DNA of 64,000 nt. Origin: the human T2T-CHM13v2.0 reference genome, Homo sapiens. Shown piece by piece: positions 47,600 to 63,832 of the stretch. The notes under the pieces were generated by a model. The model searched no databases and was not told where the DNA came from. It worked only from the letters and a program-made list of their open reading frames with translations. The first letter of the stretch is position 1, and each line of letters opens with the position of its first letter. Made by a program: the position numbers and the translations under genes. The DNA lies in NCBI RefSeq assembly GCF_009914755.1, contig NC_060947.1; one strand, written 5' to 3'.

Positions 47600-48940
47600 A
47601 TGCTATCAGTTATTATGTCTATTCCTTTCATTGGCACAGACCTATCTTTAGGTTACTTGCTCTCATTCTATGAGACCTCTGGAACCTAGCTTAGTCTTCT
47701 GTGCTCCTCTGACTCCTTGCATCATCCCAGACCATGCCAGTAGCCTCCCTGATGCATCATCAGATGTCACAGCATGATATTTCCTTGCCCTACGATAATA
47801 TGACCTCCATTTTCACTCTGCTTCAGCAACCTCTTCATATGGGGGGCACACTTATTAATCATGTCACCATCTGGAACTGTTCTACTTCTGATACTTAAAC
47901 TCTGAAATTCAGCTTTTTGACTAAAACCTCCAGCCTTTCACATCTCCTGTTCCCTGACTTTCACAGAACCTCTTTGACATCATCATCACTTCCAGTTCCT
48001 TCCCCTTTCTCCCAGGAAGTTTTCTAGCCTTCTCCTGCTTCTATGTTCTTTCCCACCCAGCAAGCATTTCTAACCCCCACTTGACCCTGCCAACCATTTG
48101 ATATTAATTCCCACAGTATCCTCAATTCCCTCATGTCCCTCTTGTTCCACTGCACCTGCCCTGCCAATCTCCAGACCTAGATGGACTTCAGCATCTGTTT
48201 TTTTCTGTTCTGTTCCCAGGCTGCTGAGTAAGTACTAGGGAAAATTGTCTCACCATGCTGATTATATCCATGACCAAACTGTGATTTCTAACCACAGCTG
48301 GATCCTCAACGGCTGTTCACTAATCCTTTTTTACACATTCCTGGTTGGTTTATTTTCCAAATTCCCACAGCAACTGTTCCATTTTCTTACCACACCCCTC
48401 AGGCCTCCTAACTTAGTCCTCTCTATCCCCAGCTTCCCCTCAGCAGGTAATCTAGTTATATAGATTACCTGCTGAGGGGAGCTGGAGAAAAGAGAGAGCC
48501 CATTGGTCACAAACTTTCTCTTTCCCATCCAAACATTTATTTCCATGGGTACTTTCATCTTCATTCTTTTAATATCATCTTTTCCAAGGCTAACCTCATT
48601 TTCCTTTTTACCTATCCCCTGATGCATCTTTTAAGATATTCTGTTCCATTAATCATCTCCCTTCTCTCTCTTGTATCTTCAGTGTTTTTCTTAAAGAGCT
48701 TTTTATTCTGCCTGCAGACATATCCAAGAATCCCCCTTTCATTTCCTACCCCAAAATCTTCTTTTTAATCATACTATCCCCATAGGCTAATGGGATATCT
48801 TTTTCTCATACTTTATTTCAAAGTATGTTAAAAGAGCCATCTATACTTCCTTATCTTTCAGTCTTCAGCTCTTGAAATCTGGCTTCTGTACCCTTCCCTC
48901 TACTAAAAACTGACCTCTCACAGGTCAGCATGACTTCCAG
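47600..48940 (+). mobile_element. LINE-2 internal fragment
   Basis: Pyrimidine-rich L2 ORF2-like text (CCCAGGCTGCTGAG, AATCTGGCTTCTG). Confidence 0.6.
48429..48485. repeat. Inverted repeat/hairpin: 20-bp perfect stem, 6-nt loop, 5 more bp after a 1-nt bulge
   Basis: CCAGC-T-TCCCCTCAGCAGGTAATCTA GTTATA TAGATTACCTGCTGAGGGGA-GCTGG. Confidence 0.95.
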
Positions 48941-51900
48941 ATTCAGATTAGGTGGGATTATGTGTCCCAAGACACGCAAAACAGAGGAGGGAAGACGTGT
49001 GTGTCCACGCACACCAGGTTGCCCATGCCTGTTTAGATGAGAAAAGAAGTATGAAGCAGGAGGAACAGAGTTCGATGCTACATCTTTCTTCTATTCCAGG
49101 GTGGTTCATAGTGTGATCCAGTAACACATTACTTCTTTCTCTGCTTTTATTATTGACAAATGTTTTTACCTTCTGGTTTGTTAAATTCCATAAGGAAGTG
49201 CTACCTTTTTATTACAGATGAGATGATGATGATGATGATAGTGGCCACCTACTGTGTGACATACACTGTGATAGATATTTAAATACATTCTAAACTTTAA
49301 TCTTCATTAACAGCTTAGTGAAGTAAGTATTCTAATACCCAATTGATCCATGGGCCACTTAAGGTTCAGAGAGGGCAAATGTCTTGACCAAGATCACATG
49401 ACAAGTAAGAGGCAACACAGAGGGTTGAACCCTGGTCAGCCTGGCTGGAAAGCACCTTCCTTAACTATTACACTATTGCCTTCTATAATCGAGTGCCAGA
49501 TGCCATCTCACCAGCTCTTGATGATCATAACTGTGAGATTATTTTTGCTTTTTGCTGTTTCAAGCATCCTAATAACTTTGTTACCAGTCGTACTAAATCG
49601 GTATGTAGACTCCTCTAGCCCTAGGTATGATTTCTGGCTTTTTTGCCTTGTTTTCTCTTGAGAAGCAGTGAATATCCCTTCCAATATGGTTTTTCTTTGT
49701 CACAGTTGGTGGTATTTTTTCCTTCTCTTGACATTTCCCTTTCAGTCCATATTTATCATGTTAGTGAATCTCCAGCGAAATCATTTCTTCCTGCTCTTTG
49801 TGAAATTTTCTCCATCCCTGGCCAGAAGTCCATCATTCTGAGATTTTAAGTGATTCTCCAGAAAAACTACATCCTATTATTTGACATCATCTAAGTAGCA
49901 AGATATTCATTTCTCATATCTTCTCTCCTAGTGAAAAGTCATGACCTTCAACAGGAAGAAGCAGTGAAAAGCTTCCATGTGCCCTTTAAGTCTTCAGTTT
50001 TCTACCTAAGCTTTCAAAGTCAGTAGAGATACAGTACAGGTCCCTCTTGGTTATATAATTTGTTCCCAGATCTAAACATTTGCATGAATAAAAATAAACT
50101 AAAAGATGCATAACATCCATGTCTATTTTATTGAAAGAGTCAAAAAGGTACATGACATAAGGATCCAAGTGGGACTGATAAATAAAAAGGCAGCTTCTGC
50201 TGTTAATGGGGCTGAGACAATTGCAAGGTTAACAGGAAACACCGCTTCTCCCAACGTCACGCAGCAGCTGGAAAATGCCATGAAGACACCCTCTTTCAAT
50301 GGCTACTGCTTTCTTATCAATGATGCTTCAAGACCCACTTGGCTCTTCCCATGTATTACTGGAGATTCCCAATTGCTGAGCTGCAATTGCCCATAGCAGC
50401 GGCGAATCCCTAATTTATTCCTGCTTCTCCTGTTCCTGCCTCATAAATCATAACCAGTCCAGAACTGATCCCTGCATTTCTTAGGCCTTCCTCAGAATCC
50501 TTCACCAGGAACCCACAAGAAGCTTTTTCCCCCTTCTTGTTGAGCACATTCCATGAATCCTCTGGAGTGTTGTCCTTATGAAAGAGTGAACAGATCGGAC
50601 TTTATCAGACTACAGGCTTGTCCTTGGTGGTCTTTAGTTGATTAGGCTTTAAATGTCATTCTCACCTTGAGCTTCCCTCAAATGAAAATTTGAACTATTT
50701 AATTTCAAGCCTGGCCCGGTCCCATCTTTTCTGCCATGAAAATGAAAGCCCCCACACTCTTCTTGGCTCAGTCCAGGTATAGTGCTAATAACAGACTGAT
50801 CTGGTGCCATCTTAAGCCTAGGGGCCGTAGCATGAGCTAACAATCCAGTATTAGAATGATAATAGGGAATTGACATACCTGGGTCAGTCCTATACATGGT
50901 GGTAAAAGGGGTACAGACTTAATGAGCAGCCAGTGACTCCAGAAGGAGCTGAGAGGTGAAAGAAGTGAGAGACATAAATTGGCTTGAAACATATTTTTAA
51001 GGAAGTGCTTGAATTGAGGTAGGTAAGAACAAGTGACTCTGGGCAGATTAGGATGACTTGTGTAAAAGGATGGGTGCGAGAATGAACAAGTCATGTTAAA
51101 ACAAGAGCCCTTCCTTTGAGACTGGAGAGGCGAAGAGGAAGAAATTTTACATTTGTTCTCTCTTTTTTGGGAAGTATGTGGTTTAAGGGCCAGGGAGAAG
51201 CTGATTAGGATTTCAGAAGATACTATTAAAACAGGTGGCCATCATAGTAATGGAAAACTAGTCTAGTCTAGAAAAGAGGAGGAACAGATATATCTAGCAG
51301 TATCCAGGACAGGGTGGTAACCATATATAACTTATAGCATGCTCTATGCTGAAAAACCCCAATCCATATGTGTGTACATATGTGTACATAAACCAGGCAG
51401 CTTCTTTTGAAGGTACTTTACTTGTTATCTGGAGAGAAGATGTTTTTAACTTCTGCTCACCTTGACCACTCAGAGCAAGAAGATATTTCCTCCTTCTTAA
51501 TTCTGGCCTTACATTTGGAAAAAGGGAATTTGATTTCCATCCTTAGAAGGCCATCTCAGGACAAATATTACAAATCAGCCTTCCCTGCAAAAGAGGGACA
51601 ACCAGTGAATTCCGTGTCAGAGTTATTCTGAAGACCTGTGCTGTTTTCTAGTGAGGCCATTTAGGATATAGTAAGTATATGTTCTTCCTGTTTGTGGACC
51701 AGGTTTAAGTCTGTCTTTTTTTCTTGTTATCACTAAGAAGAGCTAAGGAATGCCTGCATCATCATTTTGACAGAAACCAAAACTTTAATTCTGCTGTTTT
51801 TGAAGTAAACTAGCACCTTTCTTATCTTGGGCAAATTCATTGAAGCTTGTTAACCAGTTAGGTGGTAACTCTACCTCTTTATTCCCTATTTGGATGTAAT

Positions 51901-54526
51901 GCATGTTGCATTTTTAACTCTGACTATATAAATAACAATATTAAGTATGGTACAGTTGCTTTGGCCTGGAAGGATGTTTGTCCAGCAACCATTTATTGAG
52001 CACCAACAATGTGCCAGAAAATGTCAAACGATGTCGAGAAAAATTGAGCTGCTTTTGTTCAAATCAAAGCAGTAAACTACTTCTAAGATATGTTCTTCAG
52101 AAATAGTTGTCACAGGAGCAGTAGGTAAGAGATTACTTTTTGTAAAGAAACTTCATGAATTCTATCCAATTGTAAGTAAAGTCACTGCATGTTAGTGAAA
52201 AGTGTAGCTTGAAATAGATTTTTGTCAGTTACAGCTGTAATGAACAAGTAGCAATTTAATTATTTATATTTTACTTAAATAGGATGAACTGTGTGCCAGG
52301 CTTTATTCTACGCACCTTACAAATATTAACTCATAAATCCTCACAACCACCTTATGAGGTGGATACTGTTTTCACCCCATTGTATAGATGAAGAAACTGA
52401 GTCACACAGAGATTTAGTGTCTTGCCCAGGATTATGTGGCTATTAAGTTGTGATGTTAGGATTTGAATGGACTCTATTTCCACAATCTGTGGGATCTATA
52501 CTAAGCTGCAAATAGGTTCTTACTGAGTGGCCCATAAAGTTAATTAAGTGGATTTATCATGCCCTCTGAAGTCTTGTTTATGCTATTAATCTGTTTATCA
52601 AACTCATTTATCCCTATATAAAGATCTTTTTCTACCCAGCTATAATCAAGATTATGACAAATTCTGAATTCTATTTATTTTTTTTATATATTATTTTAAG
52701 CTAATTTTTTAGAGCACTTACTATGTACCAGGCACTTGTCTCCAAGGCTCATTCTTTCGGCCATCACACTGTTCAGTTCCACAAGCCCTCTCTTTTCCAT
52801 TGCTCCCTCAACAGCAGAATCCTACAGACCGCACATAGGATACCTTTATTCTGCCTCAATTTGTTAGTGACCAAGTCTCCAAAGTTCAGGGGAAAACCTT
52901 TCTTGAACTATATCAGTATGTACAATGACTGAAAATTGTGTCATGTACAACAAAATATATGTACTCTCTAGGGCACCCAGCAGGATTGAAATAAGTCAGT
53001 CAACAGTTTTGTATAGCTCATTCCATTTGGAAGGTGAACAGATGGTGTCACTTCAGCTTACTCCTCCTCAGCTTAAAATCAGGAGCATCAGAGTAACAAA
53101 GGGGCTGAAGGTGGGTCTGATGATTTGTGAGATTCTGTTCCACCTTGAGAACATGTGATTTTTATCAATTTTTTCAGCTCTATTGAGATATAATTATATA
53201 CAATATACCAAGATATCTTTATGTAGGTTGTATTCCATTTATCTCAGCAATATTTTGTAGTTTTCAGTGTACATACAGGTCTTGCATATCTTCTCTGAGA
53301 TTTATCCCTAAGTATTTCATGGTTTTGATGCTATTTAAAATGGTATTTTTTATTTCAATTTTTGATTGTTGCTAGTATATAGAAATAGAATTCATTTTTT
53401 ACATTAACCTTATATTTTGCAATGTGCTAAACTCACTTATCAATTTTAGTAATGGTTTTTGCAGGTTTAATACATAGATGAGCATGTCTCCTGTTAATAC
53501 GAGATTTAGGTGCTCCTTTCCAATCTGGATGCTTTTATTTCTTTGTCTTGCCTAATCCCACTGGCTAGAACCTCCGATATAATGTTGAAAAGAAGTTGTG
53601 AGAACCTTGCCTTGTTCCTGATTTTAGAGGGAAAGCATCCAGTCTTTCATCTTCAAGAATGATATTTGCTGAAGGTTTTTTTTGTAGTTGCCCTTTATCC
53701 GCTGGAGGAAGTTCCCTTCAATTCCTAGTTTACTGAGAGGTATTTTAAAATTAGAAACAAATGTTAGATTTTCTCAAATGGTTTTTCTCTATCTATTGTG
53801 GTGATCATATGGTTTAATAGTCTTTTAATATGGCTAATTACATTGGTTTTCAAATGTTAAATCAACCTTGCCTTCCTGAGATGAACCCCACTGGGTCTTG
53901 ATTATCGGCTTTATATATTGTTGGATTTGCTAAAATTCTGTTAAAAATGTTTACATGTATGTTTATTAGTGATATTGGACTTCAGTTTTTTTTTCTCAAG
54001 ACATCTTTGCCTGGTTTTGGTATCAGAATAATATTGGTCTCATAGAATGGGTGGAGAACAACTCTGTCACTAGAACTAGTATTATTTCTTCCTTCAATGT
54101 TTGGTAGAATTCTAGTGAAGCCATCTGGACTTGGAGTTTTATTTAGGGGAATGTTTTTAACTACAAATTCAATTTTTTAATAGATGTAGTATATTCAAGA
54201 TATCTACTTCTTCAGTATACTTTGGTAATTTGTGTGTTTCACATAATTTGTCCATTTCATCTATGTTTTAAAATTTGTGATAAAATTCTTCATGGTATTT
54301 TCTTACATGTTTAAAATTTGTAGAATCTGTAGAGATGTCCCCTCTCATTCCTGATAGTGATAACTTGTGTTGTCTCTCTTTTCAGTCTGTTCTGTCTGGT
54401 TAGGGGTTGATAAATTTTATGGATCTTCTCAAAGAACTAGCTAAGCATTTCCTTGATTTTTCTTTCATTTTTATGTTTCCTTTTTAAATGTTTTCTATCT
54501 CATTGATTTTTATATCTCTGATCTTT

Positions 54527-57364
<2,838 letters not shown>

Positions 57365-59149
57365 TAAGTAGCATCCCTATTTTTGATATGGTATGTTTTC
57401 ATTTTCTTTCAATGCAAAATAGTTTCTAATTTTCCTTTTGATTACTTCTTTGATTCATGGGTTATTAAGAAGCATGTTAATGGCTTCCAAATATTTAGTG
57501 GCTTTTGCAGCTATCTTTCTGTTACTGGTTTATTTAATTTCATTGAGTTTCACCTGAGAACAGACTATGTATAGTTTGGGTTCTTTTAAATTCGTTCAGA
57601 CTTGTTTTATGGCCCAGAATATGGTATATCTTAGTAAACTGTTCTGTGTGCACTTGAAAGTAACGTGGCTTCTGCTGTTGTTGGGTGGTGTGTTCTAGAA
57701 ATGTCAGTAGGGTCAAATTGTTTGCCAGTATTTTTTAAAGTCTTCTATATCCTGATTTTCTTCTATCAATTATTGAGAGAGTGGTGTTGAAATCTGTCTG
57801 TGATTATGGATTTATCTATTTCTGCTTGTAGTTCTGTTTTTGCTTCACATATTTGAAGCTTGGTTGTTAGGTGCATGCATGTTTAGGATTACTATGTACT
57901 TTTGATGAATTGCTCCTTCTAATATCATGAAATGACCTTTTTTATTCATGGTAACAGTCTTTGGTCTAAAATCTTCTTTCTCTGATGTTATAAAGACATT
58001 TCAGCTTTCTTTTGATTGGTGTTAGTGTGCTATATCCTTTCCTAGCTTTTTACTTTTAACCTATTTATATCATTATATTTAAATCAGGTGTTTTGTAGGC
58101 AACATGTAGTTAGTAGGTTCTTGTTTTCTAAATCTAGTCTACAAATTTCTGCTATTAATTGGTTTTTTACACCATTTATACTTCAAAGCAGCTTTATTTA
58201 GATATAATTTGCATACCATACAATTCACCCATTTAAAGTGTACAATTTAATGGTTTTTATTATATTTAGAGTTGGGCAACCATCACCACAATCTAATTTA
58301 AAAACATTTCTATCACCTCGAAACACTATGCCCATTAGTAGTCAATCCCTACTCCCCCTACCCGCACCTGAGCACTCTACCACCACTAATCTACTTCTTA
58401 TCTCTGTGGATTTGCCTGTTCTGGAAATTTCTTATAAATGAAATCATACAGTATGTGGTCTCCGCATAATTTTTTTCAAAGTTCATCTATGTTGTAGCAG
58501 GTAGCAAACAGTACTTCATTACTTCATTTGTTTTATAGCTGAATAATATTCCTCTGTGTGGATATATGCTACATTTAAGAAAATCCATTCATCAGTTGAT
58601 GGATATCTGGGTTGCTTCCACTTTTTGGCTATTACAAATAATGCTACTATGAACATTCACACATATGTTTTTGGGTGGACATATATTTTCATTTCTCTTG
58701 GCTATATACCTAGGACTGGAATTTCTGGGTCATATGATAACTCTGTGTTTAGTATTTTGAGAAACTGCCAAACTGCTTTCTAAAGCAGCTGCAGCATTTT
58801 ACATTTCCACCAGCAATGCGTGAAGGTTCCAGTTTCTCTGTGTCCTTGCCAACACTTGTTATTGTCTGTCATGAGATATCTTTCCATTGATTTAGGTCTT
58901 TAATTTCTTTTAACAGTGTTCTGGAGTTTTTGCAGTACATATTTTGTACTTCTGTTAAATTTATTGCTAAGTATGATACTATTTTGGTGGTATTATTTAT
59001 AAACGCAATTGTTTTCTTAACATAATTTTAGATTATTCATTCCTAGTATATAAAAATGCATGGATTTTTTGGTATACTGACCTTGTATCCTCCAACCTTG
59101 CTGAACTTATTTATTAGTTCTGGTAGTTTTTTGGTGAATGCCTTAGGAA

Positions 59150-59254
59150 TATATATATATATAAATATATATTTATTTACATATATATTTATATATATTT
59201 TTATATATATTATTTATATATATTTATATATATATATAATCATGTTATATATAT
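59150..59254. repeat. Imperfect (TA)n / AT-rich low-complexity tract
   Basis: About 100 nt almost entirely A/T. Confidence 0.85.
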
Positions 59255-60046
59255 TTAGAAATAGTTTCACTTACTTTCCAATCTGGATGCCTTTTCTTTC
59301 TTTTTCCTGTCCAATTACCGTGGCTGGAACAATATTGAATAGAAGGTGTGAGATTGTACACTTTGTCTTGTTCCTGATTTTAGGTGGAAAGCATTCAATT
59401 TTTCACCATTAATTATTATGTTAGCTCTGGGTTTTTCAGAGACGGTCTTTAATCAGTTTGAAGAAGTTCTCTTCTATTCCTACTTTACTGAGTGATTTTA
59501 TCATGAAAGGATATTGCAGCCTCTGCCCTGGGAGTGAACTGGGATGAGGGTGATCAGGACCCAGTGTCCTTGGCCTGCTGCACCTGGAGTGGAGACTTAG
59601 CGGGAGGAGCTCCCATTTTCTTGGCTACCCATGGAGGAGCCTCTGTAACCCAGAGCTGGGGAAAGTGGTAAGGAAGTAGTTCAATGCTCAGATACCACCT
59701 GCTCTACTGTTCGTGCTAAGATTTAGCAGATTTTGTTGAATGTATGTTTGCTGTATGCCCTTAGGATAATTTCCAGAAACTTTAAATGATTGCTTTAACA
59801 AGTATTTTTTGCCAGTTAAATTGTTGCTTTACGAGGGAGAGAATCTGCCAGGTTCCTTACTCTTCCATTCTGGAACTCTCAGTCAATTATTAGGACTAAT
59901 TTTTAAGAATGTATTTGGAAATAATTTCAAACTTATAAAAAATTTGCCCAAAAAAGTACAAAGAACACTCTTACACCCTTTACTCAGATTTCAGATTTAC
60001 CTGTTTTTAGCATTTTACCCTATTTGCTTTATCATATGCATTCTCT

Positions 60047-60047
<1 letters not shown>

Positions 60048-60091
<44 letters not shown>
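60048..60091. repeat. (GT)22 microsatellite
   Basis: Perfect dinucleotide run within an L1MC-like fragment. Confidence 0.95.
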
Positions 60092-60093
<2 letters not shown>

Positions 60094-61269
60094 ATATTTC
60101 TGAGACACTTGGGGATAAAGGTACATACCTCATGGCCCTTTACCCCCAAATAATTGAGTATGTATTTATTGGGAATAGAGACATTCTCTTACACAACTAT
60201 AGTACAGTTATCAATTTCAGTAAATTTAACATTGATTATCTTCTCTACCATAGAAATTCTAATCTTCAAATTATTTTTATCCTTCCTCCCTCTGTTTTTG
60301 TGTAAGTTTTATATTGTACGTAATATTAGTACAATGGTACATACATGGGAGTAAATGTTGAAATGTTTTTCTACTGACAGACATGTGCGATAAAAAGTTA
60401 TGAAGCAACCGGTCCAGAGGTTGACAAAATGCTTTCGCTGTATCAGCTCAGCTGATCCTGCCATCACCTCATGACACAGGCAAGAGTTATTTTCCCTACT
60501 CATATCACATATGAAGAAACACTAAGGAATTTACTAAAGATATAAAGCTTTGATTAACAAGTGTTGGATATGGGCCTCAACCCCAGGATTTTTGACCCCA
60601 GAGTCTGTACTCTTTCCATACCAAATTACCTTGCTGAGTAAGCTCTCAGCTGTCTACATGTGACTTTTCTACTTTATGAGTTTTAAGGCAATTTAAGATC
60701 ATATAATTCTAAAAATTGTGCCAGATGCTTCCAACATACAGAATTGAAGACATCGTGGTTCAGTGAGGTTAAGTGATCATCATTCTTAAACCCTCCCTTA
60801 AGCAAAGTAGGAAAAAGGAAACCTTACTGTCATTTCTCTTCCTTCACTCAAAATCATAACCCCCATACATCCTCAGAAATGTTTGACTTGTCTGCTTAGC
60901 AACCTTTATATGGTGCTTTACTGATTACAGTGCATTGTAATTCATTCTTTCATTTTAGAGCCACAATAACCTGGTGAAAACAAGACCCCAAGGTAATGAA
61001 TATGCACTAAAGTTGGCGAAGCACTCCTCTAGAGCACCTCCTCTTCACTTCTGCACAAACCTGGCTCTGATTGTCCCCTCACCCATCTCTCTGGCAATGC
61101 TCATGAATTCTTGTCATGGCTAGTGTCAGAGAGACTTTATACCAGATGATTTTTCTGTGGTTGAAATCAGCAGTCTTCAGGGTGGAATATACAAGATAAT
61201 GGAATATAGGAAGAAAATAATTAGTATTTTTTGCCATTTCTCTGTTTTTTATTCTCTGTATCTTTCTTT

Positions 61270-61466
61270 TTTTTAGTTTTAATGTATTTTTTAAAAATTT
61301 TATTATTATTGTACTTTAAGTTTTAGGGTACATGTGCACAACGTGCAGGTTTGTTACATATGTATACATGTGCCATGTTGGTGTGCTGCACCCATTAACT
61401 CGTCATTTAGCATATCTCCTAATGCTATCCCTCCCCACTCCCCCCACCCCACAACAGTCCCTGGTA
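61270..61466 (-). mobile_element. Very short L1PA 3' end
   Basis: GTACTTTAAGTTTTAGGGTACATGTGCACAACG..CCCCACAACAGTCCCTGGT; 12-bp TSD GTATCTTTCTTT (61258-61269, 61464-61475). Confidence 0.88.
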
Positions 61467-61555
61467 TCTTTCTTTCTTAACAGCTTTATTGAGATATAAT
61501 TCACGTATTATACAACCCACCCATTTAAAGTGTACAATTCAATGATCTTAAGTAT

Positions 61556-61779
61556 ACAGATGGTCCCTGACCTATGATGGCTCAACTTACTTTTTTTTTT
61601 TTGACTTTATGATGGTGTGAAAGCAGTAGCAATCAGTAGAAACAGTACTCTTCTTGCAGTGCTGGCTGGTGGCAGCCAGGTGCAGCTCCTAGTCAGCCAT
61701 GCATTTTTAACTTACGATATTGTCAGCTTACTATGGGTTTGTTGGGAATGTAACCCCATCATAAGTTGAGGAGCATCTG
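61556..61779. mobile_element. MER47/Tigger5-type MITE inside an L1MB 3' end
   Basis: CAGATGGTCCCTGACCTATGATGG .. CCATCATAAGTTGAGGAGCATCTG inverted termini. Confidence 0.75.
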
Positions 61780-63053
61780 ATTCACACTAATTTCAGAACA
61801 TTTGTATCTTACCAAAAATAAACTCCCTTCCCATCAGTAGTCACCCCCCAGCCTTGCCAACCATCAGTTTACTTTCTCTTTCTATAGATTTGACTATTTT
61901 GGATATTTCATACAAATGGAATCATAAACCATGTGTTCTTTTGTGTCTCACTTCTTTCACTGAGCATAGCATCTTCATGGTTCATCTATGTCATAGCATG
62001 TATCGGTACTTCATTCCTTTTTATTGCCTAATAATATTCCATTGTATGGATAGACAGCATTTTGTTTATCCATTCACCAGTTGATGGACATTTGTGTTTC
62101 CACTCTTTTGCTATTATTTGATATGAACATTTGTGTACGAGTCTTTTGGTGGACATATGCTTTCATTTCTCTTGGGTAGAACTATGTTCCTAGATTAGTA
62201 TAAATGCCATGTGTTAAATTTTGAGAGAAAAACAATAGAAAAGTAAGTGTGGCTCTTGGAGGGGATGGAATTTTTCACCTTCCATGTTATTCCTCTCACT
62301 CTGCTCCATTTTATTGACCTTCCTATTTAGCTCTTTACTGGCCTTTTTTTTTTTGCCTATTTTCCTGTCCACTTCTTACTCCTGCCAGGGATGCTCTGGG
62401 GAAAGGAAACATTTATTGACTAATATTGAAGTGCACATTTAGCTCTGTAACAACCTTATGAGGTTGGTGCTATGAAACCCATTTAAAGATGAGGAAAATA
62501 AGGCTCTGAGAGTGTAACTAACTTATTCAAAGTCACCCAGCCCTTAAGAGGCAGAAGTGAGATAAGCCCATCTCTATCTGATTCCAAAGCTCTTTCCATA
62601 GGCTGTCTCCCAGATGAAGTGCTTATTGAAGTTCAGAGGACATACCTTGCTTCTCACTTGAGACATCAAAGATGGAGGTGTGAAGGGAGAAAACGAAGTG
62701 AAAGATGATGCCAAGATTTTGATGAGCCTGTAGGAGTGGGTTGTGCAAGAGGTGGAAGGATGGTAGGTACCATAACTGAGATACTGAATACAAAGTTAGA
62801 ACCTGGTTTGGGGAAGGAAGGAGTTGGTGAGTGTTCAGTTTTGGACAAATGGAATTTGAGGACATAATTCATTCAGCTGATATTTCATTGGCTTCTTTAT
62901 ACAAGGCACAGTACAGGATGCTGGAGATACACTGAAGAACAAGATAGCCATGGTCACTACCCTAATGGAACCTGTGGTCTTAGTAAGGCAGAGAGACAAA
63001 ACAATGGTAATCAAGTGTAATGGGTGCCATGATAGGAGAGGAGGAGGATTTAA

Positions 63054-63191
63054 CCCATTACCAGAGTTTGCAATTTTTTTAAATTTTTGCATGGGTGAAA
63101 AATCAGACCTTGGCAATGACCTTGAGTAGTAGGATATAAATAACTCCTACATCCTTAGCGTTCCAATAATGGAACACTAGGCATAAATGGG
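63054..63191 (-). mobile_element. MER85 (piggyBac PGBD3-derived MITE)
   Basis: 138 bp, TTAA TSD on both sides (63050-63053, 63192-63195), CCCATT..AATGGG termini, internal GTTCCAATAATGGAAC palindrome. Confidence 0.93.
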
Positions 63192-63832
63192 TTAATTGAA
63201 GCATCTAGTGAAAGTGATTCTTTAAGGGTCTGAGGCTAGTAGAAAGAAAATCAAAGTAGCCATAGCTTACAGTACAGGTGGGACATAGAATTACCAGAGA
63301 TGGATATAGGAGATAAAAAGATTTAAAAGTCATTCATAGGAAAGTAAAGAGTTGATAATATTTTTTTCCTCCATTTACCCTCTTCCTATAAGGGAGGAAA
63401 ATAGGATTGCCTGCAGCCACATGGAACAGCTGGCAGTTTTCTGACTCTCATCCTCTTATCATCTTTGCATATGCCCTGCCCTCTTCCTGGAGTTCTGATC
63501 TCCCATCCCTTTTGTCTAGCCAACTCCTTCCTATCTTTATTATCATTTTTCAGAAAGCTTACCATGACCCCCTGTTCCATGTCCCCATAGTCTCTTGGGC
63601 CTACTTGATCACACGGTCTCATCTATTAATTGTGAGTATTCTAAGAGTTGGGACGTGTTCATCAATCCAAGTATCCCCACAGTGCCTGACACATAGTGAG
63701 ATGGATGTATGAGTGATTAAACAAAAAGGACCAAATAATGAGAAAGACCTGCATCCTTTGAACAAGTGGAAGAGGCTTCATCGCTTCATGGAAAGAGAGC
63801 TTGGTCATTAGTCTAACTTGGTGGTTCTTAAC

